From Eledone cirrhosa (taxonomy: Eukaryota), in assembly GCA_964016885.1 (NCBI GenBank), contig OZ024743.1:56420001-56484000 (forward strand): a stretch of DNA of 64,000 nt, given 5' to 3'. Numbering within the stretch: position 1 is the stretch's first letter; each line of letters begins with the position of its first letter. Shown one piece after another: positions 39,994-60,100 of the stretch. The position numbers and the translations under genes were made by a program. Under the pieces are notes generated by a model. It did not search any database and had not been told where the DNA came from. It saw only the letters and a program-made list of their open reading frames with translations.

Positions 39994-40736
39994 TATAAAT
40001 GTCGTCAATTGAGTGTACAAAGTTGTTTTCTTTTCACACAATCTTCGCCATTTTTCATGAATGGAATAAACATTTATGAAAATACATATTCCTTTTTTTC
40101 ATTTCTTTTTCTCAAATGCTGCTTTCTTGGAATACTTAATTTGTGGCACTTCGTCGGTTACGACGACGAGTATTCCAGTTGATACGATTAGCGGAACAGC
40201 CTGCTCATGAAATTAACGTGCAAGTGGCTGAGCATTCCACAAACACGCATACCCTTAACACAGCTCTCAGTGTGATACAGAATGTGACATGGCTGGCCCT
40301 TTGGATTATAGGTACAACTCATTTTTGCTAGCTGAGTAGACTGGAGCAGTGATCTAACTACTAAGCCACGCGCCTTCACACACTTAATTTGTAGTGTACA
40401 TTAAATTCATTTTTTTTGTTTTTTTCAAATACAAAATTTTAACACGTTTGCCGTCCTCATACTTATTCCGGCAGTATCGGTTACTACTGTGGTGTTTCTG
40501 TATAGGTACAATATTTTTGTAACGTTACAGGTGTAATGAATTCATGTATTTATTATTGTTAATACATTTATATATTTATAAGAGGGTGTTGTAGATTACT
40601 TGAAGCATAATGTAAAGTATAGAAAATAGAGATTTATTTGAAAGCTACCAGAATCTGAATTGAATGGTAAATGTTTAAAATATAACAATAATGTTGGCGT
40701 ATTATCTTATACTTCTTTATAGGTCCTTATATTTCA

Positions 40737-40764
<28 letters not shown>

Positions 40765-40771
<7 letters not shown>

Positions 40772-41225
40772 TGTACGTATTGTATATTTAATAATATACA
40801 GTATATTTATTTAGAAGCATTTAAATAAACATACAGTATATTATTGAATATACAATACGTACATTCATATACACATCACTATTTCAGAGAACCAACACAA
40901 ATTTCTAATTGTTGCAGAGCTGGCAACTGCTCTGTATGTTAATGAGTTTAAATAGCTCATAATCATAATTGGAATCCTATAAGAATCCAGCTTCTACAGC
41001 TCACAGCAAAAACAAGGGATATACAACCTTGATAATCACTAAAAAGTGAGAAACGATCGTCGGTTATTTCCCTTTGTTTTTGCTGAAGCTACGTGTGTGA
41101 CATTAGTCACTACCTTAAATTTATAGCGAAAGGCATTCAATGTGATTTTAAATAAACATACAGTATATCATTAAATATACAATATATACATCGCTATTTC
41201 AGAGCACCAACACAAATTTCTAATA
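40765..41225 (+). mobile_element. non-coding retrozyme/pLTR-like element: 5' hairpin, 327-bp unit and partial repeat
   Basis: 49-bp inverted arms (40765-40813 / 40822-40870). TTAAATAAACATACAGTATA...CCAACACAAATTTCTAAT repeats at 40821 and 41148. (TA)n flanks. Confidence 0.7.
41004..41085 (+). ncRNA. hammerhead with U3-A8 variant core and long stem I
   Basis: CAGCAAAAACAAGGGA...AACC-TTGATAA-TCACTAAAAAGTGA-GAAA-CGATCG-TC-GGTT...CCCTTTGTTTTTGCTG. Confidence 0.78.
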
Positions 41226-41570
41226 TATATATATCCATTCATAGGCCTCCTTCAGTCACCATGGTTTTTTGCCTGGCAAATCCCCATCCGAGGCAAGGTC
41301 TGTTGGTGGAAGACTAGCAGTCATCCATGCATGCCAGCCTCCCCTCTCGATGCCACCGGCAATGTCCAATACAGCTTAGTAACTCATTTCTACATCTGAG
41401 TGAACTAAAGTGTTTTGCTCAAGAACACAACACATCGCCTGGTCCGGGATTCGAACTCACAACCTTACGAATGTGAGCTCAATGCTCTAACCACTAAGCC
41501 ATGCACTTTCATATTTATATATTTAAATATATTTCTGTACATTTTCACATTCACTTTTTAACTCTATCTC

Positions 41571-41608
<38 letters not shown>

Positions 41609-41610
<2 letters not shown>

Positions 41611-42452
41611 AGCCGAATTACCCGCGCCTTGCTGCGTTTCACGCATTTTTTTCGCAAGAAGATGATGATTGATTTTAAATCAGTGATATAATTTATGGAG
41701 AAAAACTCTGCATTTCAATATTACTCAATGTAAAATGTAATGCATGAAAAATTAGAAAACATTATTTTTTGTAATATTTCAAATCAAAATTACATTATTA
41801 AATCTTATTTTTATTTTGTTTCTTGTGAATAATTTTTTTCAATATATCAATTCAAAACTTTTAGGAATAAGCATCATATCTTGTCATTTATCTATGGTTT
41901 AAATTTCATATAAATCGAAGGGAAAAAATTTTCAGTGGCTTTTGAGCCCATATATACAGGCCAAAATGTTCACTATAGGGTGTTTAACCCCCATTAGGGT
42001 GTCTTAATATTATTGAAATTTGCTGAATTTTTGTGAATAGGCATCATATCTTGTCATTTATCTATGGTTTAAATTTCATATAAATCGAAGGGAAAAAATT
42101 TTCAGTGGCTTTTGAGCCCATATATACATTTATTGGCCAAAATGTTCACTATAGGGTGTTTAACCCCCATTAGGGTGTCTTAATATTATTGAAATTTGCT
42201 GAATTTTTGTGAATAGGCATCATATCTTGTCATTTATCTATGGTTTAAATTTCATATAAATCGAAGGGAAAAAATTAAGTGGGAGTTTTCAGCGGGGGGG
42301 GGGGGGGTGAATCCCCCGGGGAATCCTTTGATTAAAATGAAATATACGTAAGAAATCAAATGGGCATGAGCCCCCACACACGTGACAAGATTCATCAAGA
42401 CTGGTAGTTTTTTAGTTTTAGGTTCACAAACAAACAGACAGAAATTACCATT

Positions 42453-42460
<8 letters not shown>
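41609..42460 (-). mobile_element. non-autonomous Helitron-like element with internal tandem repeats
   Basis: Minus-strand 3' end CGCAGCAAGGCGCGGGTAATTCGGCTAG|T (GC-rich stretch then CTAG). Internal 170/176-bp units start at 41865, 42035 and 42211. Confidence 0.6.
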
Positions 42461-42496
<36 letters not shown>

Positions 42497-42500
<4 letters not shown>

Positions 42501-42580
42501 GGAAAATTTGAACAGGAACAAAACAGAGAGGCAGTACAACGAATGTTTATTAATTTCACGCTCTGGAGAGTGGGGTGGTG
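42497..42580 (-). mobile_element. solo 3' terminus of the Neptune-type PLE family
   Basis: Reverse complement of 55558-55633 (CCACTCTCC.GAGCGTGAA.TTAATAAACATT...CATTAT), ending in (TA)n. Confidence 0.75.
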
Positions 42581-43989
42581 GTGGGGATATATATATATAT
42601 GGTGGTGGGGTGAAGGTAGATAAGGTTTTGTTTATGTATGTCAAGAATGAATGCTTAAACAAGCTTACTGCTTACCAGAGAATTTGATTCGATAGTATCC
42701 TTTGAATCGTATAGCATAAATATACAAGTAGGGGATATGGTATATAGGTCCAGAAGAGACCACAGAGTATATCATATAAGCAAGTAATACACCAAGAAAA
42801 ATATAAACTTCGGCGAGAAAAGAAATTAGGAATTTATTTTCTTTAACATATGCTTCTGTATCTATTATAATCATCTACATATGCTGACTACAATATATAT
42901 TGTTCAATTTTATGCAATACTTAATTATTTAACACACTTCTTCAGAAAGCTTATAATTGTTTGTGGTAGATGCCATGGTTGTCTGCAAAAATTATTTTCA
43001 CAAGGCTGTTGAGCGATTTATTTACTGATTGCAGGATATTATTATATATTTAAGGTTAACTTTGCCTTTCATCCTTACAGGGTCGATAAAATAAAGTACC
43101 AGTAATGCACTGGGTGATTGCTGGCCTTGTGCCAAAAGTAGAAACAATTATTATATATTTAATTGGGTGGTGGATGGCAGTATCGGTAGAGAGTCGGACG
43201 CCATGCTTTCCAGCATAGTTACGTCCCTTTACGGTCTGAGTTCAAATCCCGCCGAGGTTCACTTTGCCTTTCATCCTTACGGAGTCGATAAAATAAAGTA
43301 CCAGTAATATACTGAGTAATTGCTGGCCTTGTGCCTAAAGTAGAAACAATTATTATATATTTAATTATACAAACTTCTATAAAATTGTGATCCAGTAAGA
43401 TTTCGTAAGGCTCCTCCCCAAGGTCTGCACCCTAGGCAGTTGCCTGGTTCACCTTAATGGTAGCGTCGACCCTGAGTAGGAATTTCTCAGAGACATCAAC
43501 TCATCATTATTCCTGATTGTAAATAGATTAAGTACTTCGTATATTATTTATATGTATGCCTTGAGGATACATTATATAATTTTACTTTTTTTTTTTTTTG
43601 TCCATAGCTGGCCTGTACAAAGAACTTAAGAACTTTATATATCACAAAAGTTTCTAATATCATAAAGGTTTCTAATTTAGTCACAGGGCTAGCAACTTAT
43701 GGAGTCGGGGTTAAGTCGATTATATAAACCCTCGTACTTGACTGGTACTTTGACCCCGGGAGGATGAAAGACACAATTGACCTCGGTGGAATTTGAACTC
43801 ATAATAATGATTATTTCTAACATAGGTACAACGTCGGCAATTTTGGGGGAATGGGGAAATCGATTGTAACGATCCCAGTACTTGACTAGTATTTTATCGA
43901 CCTCGGAAATATGAAAGTCAAAGTTGACCTCGACGAGATTTGAACTCAAATTAAACAACGTTTTATGAAATATTAAAAGAATTTGAACT

Positions 43990-44502
43990 TTGAATGTTTG
44001 ATAGTTTATTGTAAGATGCTACAAAACAGGTTTGATTATTAAAAAGTCGAACAAGTTAGGCATTTATGCTCCAAGTGACGGAACAATTCTCACAGGCCAA
44101 TTGTTTCCATCTCTATGTGTTTATGAAGGCGGCAAATTGGTAGAGTCGTTAGAACGTCGGATAAAATGCTTTATGGTATTTGTTCCGGCTCTCTGCTCTC
44201 AGAGTTCAAATCCAGCCGAGGTCAACTTTGCCTTTCATCCTTTCGAGGTCGATAAAAAAAGTACCGGTCTAGTGCTAAGGTCGATTCTTTCTCTGGAAGA
44301 AATCTGCTGTACTCAGGGACAGAGAGGGATGGGCTCCACCAGGCTTAAAATGCCCAAGAAACGCCGTATGTCAATATGGCACCCCTACGGCTCTCCCATG
44401 AGTTACAGCACAATATAATACATACATGTGTTTATATGTCCAACTTGTTCGACGTTTTGATAGTCAAATTTGCGTTGCAGTCGCTTACAATAAGCAAACA
44501 TA
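43990..44502. mobile_element. old foldback/MITE-like element with diverged inverted ends of about 65 bp, interrupted by a SINE
   Basis: TTATTGTAAG...GTCGAACAAGTT (left) versus AACTTGTTCGAC...CTTACAATAA (right). Confidence 0.45.
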
Positions 44503-45416
44503 CTTTCATTTTTTTTTTTTCTATTTTCAAATACTAAGAGCTCATTTGATTTTATAAAATTTCGGTGGCATTTATTCTCATCAAAGAAATTAACCCATAG
44601 TAATTAAAACTTCAAGTCTGAAGTATTAACATTTAATTTACGACAATTAATTTAAATTAATACAAACTAATTTTAATTTAATTATATCAATTTTAATAAT
44701 AATATCAATAAAAGTTTACAAAGTGTACGAATATGTTTTAAAAAAAAAAAAGACAATGAAACAGAAACTATTAGATTATTACTAATGAATTTTCATGAAA
44801 ATATAAATTTTTCTTGAAGTTGGCTTTGCTTGACAAATGACATGATCTTGAAATGATGTGTTGAAACTGAAACAATTATGTGGTACAGTCGTGGTAGGCG
44901 GCGAATTGGCAGAATCGTTAGAACGTCGGGTAAAATACTTTATGGTATTCGTTCCGGCTCTCTCTGAGTTCCAATCCTTCCGAGGTCAACTTTGCTTTTC
45001 ATCCTATAAAAAAGTACCAGTCTAGTACCGGGGTGAATTCTTCCTCTATATCACTTTCTCATGTTTCTCTCTTTCACTTTCTATCTTTCTCTGGAAGAAA
45101 TTTGCTGTACTCAGGCCTGGAGAAGGATGGGCTCCGTCAGGCTTAACATTTCAAGACGCCACTACGACTGATCCAGGAGTTACGGTACCATACATATATA
45201 CAGTCATGGTGGAATCGGACCTCCGTCGATTTCTACAATGAGTGTTACGTTTGTGCGACCAACGAAACAGCCTTCTTTTTGTCCTTTCAACCTTAATCAG
45301 TTTTACAAGTCACATTACCGAACTTCTTTTTATCGTGTTGCAGGTGTATTACATTTACGACGAGGCGGACTGACTCTTAAGTTTCATTTATGGTGGTGTC
45401 ATGTAGATTAGAGTTG

Positions 45417-45758
45417 CTCTCGAGTCTCGAATAATTGCAACCACCCCACCCCCGCTTATTAATTTTTTCAAACACCCTTCTTATTAAATTTTGCTAATTT
45501 CATTTTAAGTCGTAGCATTTCTGCGACAATTAATTTTCTTTAGACATTAAAAACATTATACTTGACAAAAAAAGTACATTACTAAAAATCCCATACGTTA
45601 TAAAATCAATAGGATGGGTTGGGATCACAATATGTAAACTAAACGACTAATTCCGTTTTGTAAAAAACAAAAATCAACGGAGACAACCTAGAAAAATTAC
45701 CGATTTTCGAAGCCCCTGCTTATTCCACCCCACCTCTTCATTATTTGGGACGCGAGAA
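45417..45758. mobile_element. MITE with degenerate TIRs; partial inverted copy at 34665-34870
   Basis: CTCTCGAGTCTCGAATAA / TTATTTGGGACGCGAGAA. The body matches the reverse complement of 34665-34870. Confidence 0.5.
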
Positions 45759-47509
45759 TACTTCCATAAGCATGAATAGGTTGAGAAACGAAGCAAGTAT
45801 CAATTCAGGTTTATATTATCATAAACCGTATCTTAAATTTTCCGATATCTCGACTTCATGACGTTTTAATATTAAACGATTTTGCCCACGTTTTAGCATA
45901 AACACTATACGTCTTTATTTTTTACCAGATAAAGTATCTCTTGAAGGTTAATTGAATTATTCTTGAATACAAATGCTAATATTTAAAGCGAAAGCTGCCA
46001 TTATTTAATAAATAAATTATCTCCATTCTTTATTAGATAAACGATAAATGGATTTCCTTTATGCATAGATTGACTGTAAATGTTAATATTCAAAATCATG
46101 TAGCAAACGATTGCGATGTATTTTTTTATTATTTTTAAACGCTGCTTTATGGTAGCTTATGGACGTAGCATTAAGTCCAGAGCTCAATCCTACAGGATCG
46201 GCAGGTGCCACTTAGGTTAAATAAAATAAAGCAATAATGTTTTCTGATTTAGGCACAAGGTCACAATTTTTGGGGAAGGGTAAAGTCGATTAAATCGACC
46301 ATAGTGTGTTACTGGTTATTTATTTTATCGACCCCGTAATGGATGAAAGGCAAAGCTGACCACAGCGAGATTTGAACTCAGATCGTAAAGGGTCGTAACT
46401 CCATGCCGTAAAGCATGTTGTCCGATGTTCTACCCATACTGTCTATCCACTGCTCTAATAAAGTAAAGTTATTATAGAAATGTGGAACTGGAACTTTTAT
46501 TTACCAGATAAGATAATGCAGCAGCGCAGCGCTGCTTGTTGTTGTTGTTGTTGTTGTCATTATTGCAGAAGGAGGAGGAGGGGGGAGAATAAGAAGGGGG
46601 AGGAGGATATATCTATTATTACTAATGTGGACGCAGCATTGCCGAATAGTTATAAGTTCGCTTCGTAATCATTGGGTCCCGTGTTTGATCTCATTGCATT
46701 GCATCTTGGGTAAGTGTCATTTACCAGAACCTCGGGTCAATTCCATACCTTATAAGTGAAATTGGGTAGACAGAAACTGTTTGACGGACGTCCATTCCAA
46801 ACTAACTATGCATGTTTTATTCAAAGTCGCGTCGCCAAACCATTGTAGATTTAAAAGCGTTACTTTTTCCTATTTTATTTCAATAAAGTTAACACTGTAT
46901 AATGCTGAATCTCTAAGAATTACAGTAAGAGCACACGTATCTCTGGTATGCTCAGCCACTTACATGTTAATTTCATGGACACATACATGATTAAGTTGTT
47001 CCATTGAGCGAACAACTGGAACACACTCATCGTCGAAATCGACGGACGGAGTTCGATTCCAAATTGACTAAGCATGTTTATATTGGAAATCACATAGCAA
47101 ACCATTGCAGTTTTTCAAAACGTTGCTTTATCGTATTTCATTTAATTACAGTTAACACTGTACGCTAATCTGAACGAACAACGAAGACCTTTCAATGTGA
47201 TTTTTGTCAATAATTATTCGCACTATGTTCCGTTATCTCAGGCTTTATAACCATTCCAAAGTAAACGTGTTTCTAAACTCAGCTCTTCAAATATTAACAG
47301 GCTTAATCAATTCCCTTCTTCTATACAAATCCTTCGTCCATTGTACACTGATAAATAAACAACTCCGCTACATGACATTAAATCCTAGCCACGATGTTGT
47401 TCCTTCCGGCTGAAGAACGCATTGCAATCAAATGACACGTAAAAAAAATGAAGGTGTGTATGAACTTGTAGCTCCTTAGTCCAATGGTAAACACGCACAC
47501 ATACACACA

Positions 47510-48725
<1,216 letters not shown>

Positions 48726-48726
48726 T

Positions 48727-49719
48727 CATCATCATCATCATCATCACCGTTTTACGTCCGTTCTTGCTAGCATGGGTTAGACGGGTTGTTCTGTTGTGGG
48801 CAGTGTCTGGTCGGCTGACCATGCTTTGCTCATACAGGAACTGATTTTGGCTTGATTTCTACAGCTGGATGCCCTTCCTAACACCAACCACATTTACAGT
48901 GAGTGCTGGGTGCTTTTTCCGTGGCGCCTACACGTCCACTTTACAGTGTGGGCTGGGTGCTTTTTTGCCGTGGCACCTCCACGACCACCTTGCAGTGGGA
49001 GGTTGTGGGGGCATATTGTCTATATGCTTCAGCTTGTACCCATGGGAGGTCGGGTACTCTGTATTACTGTGTGACGCCAGAGGTCACGGTCGTGTGTCAT
49101 CGCCTTTGAGAGGTGTAATTGGATAAGGTCGGCTTTTATCACCTCATCCCAGGTCTTCTTGGGTCTCCCCACTTCGCGGTTTCTATTGACTTCTAGTGCT
49201 CTGCACCTTTTTATGCAGCTGTCATCCTTCATACACATCACATGTCCATACCAACGCAACCGCCTCTCCTGCACACAGCATTTGATTCCTCTTATGTTCA
49301 GTCTCTCTCTCAATTCATTTATGCTTTGTCGTTTGCGTATATTACTATTACACATCCCTCGGAGCATGCAGGCTTTGTTTCTCTCTAATCTACGTAAGTC
49401 TTCCACCTTCAGCGCCCAGGTCTCACTACCATGTAACATTGCTGTTCGTATACACGCATCATACAGTCTGCCTTTCATTTTGAGGGAGAAGCCTTTTGCA
49501 GCTAGCAGTGGCAGTAGTTCCCTGAACTTCTTTCATCCCGTTCTTACCCTAGTTATTGTACTTTCTGAACACCCACCTCCGCTGCTAATTCGGTCACCTA
49601 GGTAGCAGAAGCTGTCTACTGTTTCTACAGAGCCCTCCCAGAGATTGGTGGTACTTGTTTCCTGTGGCTGTTTGCTGCTTGCTGTCCCAGCACAGCTGCC
49701 GCATGTGAAGCCTACATTC
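48727..49719 (-). pseudogene. 5'-truncated RTE-group LINE with (TGA)n tail
   Basis: DSFCYLGDRIS, KGRLYDACIRTAMLHGSETW, RLRWYGHV, GRPKKTW. (ATC)n at 48725-48745. Confidence 0.85.
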
Positions 49720-50178
49720 TTAATTAAGAAAATAAATAGAAAATATGAGTGGAACAGCAACATCACAACTTACAATTAAGGACAAAATGAAAACACACAC
49801 ACACATAGAACAAACAACCAACCAGTAACATGTAAATAAACAAATAAATAAATGAACATAAACACACACAGACACCCGGATGTCGCACATGCGCAGACTG
49901 AGCACACAACACACACACAGAAACAAAATGGCGTAGGACAGAACAAAGGAGAGGCACAGAAACAAAGAAAGGAATCCCCAGTCACTGAAGAGGTCACAGA
50001 GTGTGTGACGAAAGAACTATGATTATATATAAACAACTATCTGGTTGTGGAACCAACCAACCAACCAGAAATTTATAAATTTATAAATTTATTATAAATT
50101 TATTATAATAAATTGAAGTGAAAGCAACTGGTGCGTGTGTTTCTTATTGGCAACATGACCCTCCCAAAGTATAACAAC
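49720..50178 (+). mobile_element. family F PLE-type 3' end with hammerhead at 49980-50024
   Basis: AGTCA-CTGAAGA-GGTCACAGAGTGTGTGAC-GAAA-GAAC-TA-TGATT. Matches 35673-35921. Confidence 0.8.
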
Positions 50179-50179
50179 A

Positions 50180-52876
<2,697 letters not shown>

Positions 52877-52910
52877 GTATATATATATATACGTATATAT
52901 ATATATATAT

Positions 52911-55632
52911 CTTCGCCTCGCCGAGCTGGTCCTCACCCTAAATTGTTTCTCCTTCTCGGGTGAGTTTTACCAACAGGTCACGGGGGTAGCCATCGGCACA
53001 AGAATGGGCCCGAACTATGCCAACCTTTTTGTTGGCCATGTTGAGGCCCAAATCTTTGCCCAGTACACCGGCCCCACGCCCGAACTGTACGGTCGTTACA
53101 TTGACGACTGTATCGGAGCCACGACCCTCACCCGAGTACAGCTCGACTCCTTTCTCTCCTTCTTCTGCTCCTTCCACCCCTCCCTCCACTTCACCACCTC
53201 TATCTCCACCACCCACGTCCACTTCTTAGACATCTCCGTCGCCTTCGACCCCTCCCACCACTCCCTCGTCACCTCCGACTTCTTCAAACCCACCGACTCC
53301 CACTCTTACCTCGACTTCACATCTTCCCACCCCACCCACACTAAACTCTCCATTCCCTACTCCCAACTTCTCAGGATCCGCCGCCTCTGTAGCCGTGATG
53401 CTGACTTCGAGTCCCAGGCCCTTTCCCTAGTCAGCCATTTCATCCGCAGAGGTTACCCTCCCTCTCTCGTCTACACCGCTCTCACCCGCGCCCGTGCTAT
53501 CCCCCGCTCCACCACCTCACCCCACGCCACCGCACACCCACCCACCGTCTCCCCTTAACCATCACCTACCACCCCTCCACCTTACCCCTCCACCGCACCA
53601 TCCGCCGCCTCTTCCGACGCCTCCAGTCCGACCCCTCCACCTCCCACATCTTCCCAACCCCACCACTCCCCTCCTTCAAACGCGCACGCAATCTCCGCAT
53701 CCTCCTCGTCCACAGCTCCCTACCCCCCAACCCACGCTCCGGTCCCCCCCCGGTTCCTTCCCCTGTTCTAGGCCCCGCTGCAACACCTGTCCCCACATCA
53801 CCAACACCACCACCTTCCAGGGTCCCAACGGCCACTCTCTCTCGGTCCGGCATGCCGTCCGCTGCACCTCCTCCAACCTAGTCTACAGACTTCGTTGCAC
53901 GGAGTGCAGCGCGACTTATGTCGGACAGACGGGACGTCGCCTGGCGGACCGAGTCACGGAGCACCTCCGGGATATTCGTCTCGGGGGCAGTTCCCCCATC
54001 GCCCGCCACTTTGGTGGCCCTGGACACTCCGCACGCCATCTCACAGTCTGTGGCCTACTCCAGTGCCACGGAACACCCGCCCATCGCCTTACGGTCGAAC
54101 AACGCACTATCTTCATCTTACAGACCCACACTCCCCCCGGCCTGAACTCCCCACCCTTATTCCTTTAGCGTTCGACCGCCCCCCTCCCCCCACACTTATC
54201 CCCCACTAACACCACTAACACACCCCTCCTTTTCACCGCCCACCCCACACTAACAATACTAACACCTCCACTCCACCCCTCATCTGACCACCCTTCCCCA
54301 ACTAACATACTAACATCCCTTCCCTCCCCTCTTCTCCCCCCCCTCCTTATCACACGCACGCACGCACCCACTTACACCACCCACCCCACACGCAACTAAC
54401 ATCACTAACACCCCTCAACCCCACGCACACGTACCCACACACCCTCGTACACCACCAACTCTACACACCCTACCACCACTAACCCCCACTCACACCTGCA
54501 TGCCACCCCTCCCCACCTCCCGTATACTAACACCCACTAACACCTCTGCACAAAACTACACACACACCAGTACACCACACTCCCTCCATAGAACCACACA
54601 CACCCTTCTCTCCCCGCTCCACACTCACTCATCCCACTAACACCCCTACTAATACACACACACTCACACACACACACACACTCCTCACTCCAACTCTCAC
54701 ACCTACCCATCCTCGCCGACTGCTGCTATGCCCTTCCGACCACCTCTCAGCACCAACTAACCACAGCACTCCCACTGCTGACCACTTCCTGTTACGCGCG
54801 CACCCCACATCTCTCCTCTTCCGACCACCGCTTTTTGGATTACCCACACGCGAAATTGACTTCTAACCTAATCTCCAAACATCCGTGGAACTTACCAACT
54901 TTTCAACCATCCTCTTACACCATCACCTATATAACTCACCCACACACACACCCCAAAAAAATTTTTTTTATTCACACGCCACCCACACCCACAACACACT
55001 TAAACCACACACACGTGCTTCCCACCACATATTTACACCCTCAGCCTCCTGATTCCTCTCCCCCCACCCCCCTATCCACACACGCACAGACACTCCGACC
55101 CACAAAAACACCCCCGACACACACCTTCCTGAACATGCAACCCCGTTCTTCCCCCAACACTCACTTTCACATACACACACACACACACACACGCACACCT
55201 AACCACACACACCACCTGCAGCCCTCCCCACTCGGACACCCCGTCTCCCTCTCCCCACTCCACCCGCCACCACCCCTACTCACCCCACACCCTTCCACCA
55301 CCTGTTTACCCCCCTTTTAATTTCAGTTTATTTTGATCATGCCTTTATTTTTAAATTTTCTCATTCCTTGTATTTTGATCATGCTTTATTTTTATTTATT
55401 ATATTTTTTGTCTTTATTTGTTAATTTTTCATTCGCACCGTTTCCTTTCGCTATATGTCTCTCCACCACTCCCCTACACACCTTTTGAACTCTGTTCCCA
55501 CACACTTCTCACCTGAAGAAGGGCTTATGCCCGAAACGTCGTCCCCCCCCCCCCCCTCCACTCTCCTGAGCGTGAATTTAATAAACATTTATTGTACTGC
55601 CTCTCTGTTCTGTCCCTGTTCAATTTTTCATT
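52911..55632 (+). mobile_element. 5'-truncated Penelope-like element (Neptune-type): RT, Cys-rich linker and GIY-YIG (52911-54168, one frameshift near 53520), C-rich 3' UTR
   Basis: [42 protein letters not shown]; CSRPRCNTC; LVY...YVGQT.R...R..EH...GLN. (TA)n on both sides. Confidence 0.92.
55509..55575 (+). ncRNA. hammerhead-like motif at the Neptune-type 3' end; stem I displaced by a poly-C tract
   Basis: TCAC-CTGAAGA-AGGGCTTATGCCC-GAAA-CGTCG-TC. The likely stem I partner GTGA lies about 28 nt later, then AATAAA. Confidence 0.55.
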
Positions 55633-58916
<3,284 letters not shown>

Positions 58917-59057
58917 AGTTTATGTTGGTTGTATACCAACACCTCAGTATGCAGGCTGGAGCACTCGACGAAGTGCGCAGGTTGCTTTGGTTACTCCGGA
59001 GTAGTGTAAAATAAAGTTAAATAAAAGTCAAATGATTAAAATTTAGCTTCGTTTATT

Positions 59058-59112
59058 ACTGCTATATATATTTCAGTGACAGCCATCTTTGGCTGTGACC
59101 TCTTCAGGCAGT
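59058..59112 (-). ncRNA. minimal hammerhead (family G, left arm)
   Basis: Mirror image of 59343-59397. Confidence 0.78.
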
Positions 59113-59342
59113 TTGAATTAGTATGGTATAGACAAGTACATATGTTGTTTAGGTGTATGATATTGTCAATACTCTGATATGCCCAGTTCCTTGTTGGGTT
59201 GTTAATTCACTGGGGAACTGGAGTCATATGACTCCAGTTCCCCAGTGAATTAACAACCCAACAAGGAACTGGGCATATCAGAGTATTGACAATATCATAC
59301 ACCTAAACAACATATGTACTTGTCTATACCATACTAATTCAA

Positions 59343-59397
59343 ACTGCCTGAAGAGGTCACAGCCAAAGATGGCTGTCACTGAAATATATATAGCAGT
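59343..59397 (+). ncRNA. minimal hammerhead (family G, right arm)
   Basis: ACTGC-CTGAAGA-GGTCACAGCCAAAGATGGCTGTCACT-GAAA-TATATA-TA-GCAGT, then AATAAA. Confidence 0.8.
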
Positions 59398-59467
59398 AAT
59401 AAACGAAGCTAAATTTTAATCATTTGACTTTTATTTAACTTTATTTTATATATATATATATATATAC

Positions 59468-59609
<142 letters not shown>

Positions 59610-59679
59610 GTATATATATATATATATATATACGTATGTATATATATATATATATATACGTATATATATATATATATAC

Positions 59680-59721
<42 letters not shown>

Positions 59722-59722
59722 G

Positions 59723-59760
<38 letters not shown>

Positions 59761-59995
59761 CGTATATATGTGAAGGCGTGTGGCTGAGTGGTTACAGTAT
59801 TGGATTCACAATCGTGAGGTTGTGAGTTCGATTCCTGAACCAGGCGATGCGTTATGTCCTTGAGCAAGACACTTTATTTCACGTTGCTCCTTCTACCTGG
59901 AGTTGCGACCGATAGATAGTATTAGCAATTGGAAAGACCAACGGAAACATAGTTTCCTCGGTCCGATTTGACGAAAGTCGATCGACTAGAAATAC

Positions 59996-60097
<102 letters not shown>

Positions 60098-60100
60098 GTA

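Larger units (their letters stand above)
59007..59448. mobile_element. 442-bp zero-spacer palindrome of two head-to-head PLE-type ends (family G)
   Basis: Centre GAGTCAT|ATGACTC at 59227/59228; 221-bp arms with no mismatch seen by eye. Confidence 0.92.

Noticed and set aside
42925-42960. CTGAAGA on the minus strand in a TA-adjacent fragment
   Set aside because: No matching GAAA/stem I partner found.
59769-59845. tRNA gene
   Set aside because: The tRNA-like head runs into a SINE body and lacks a proper acceptor stem and terminator.
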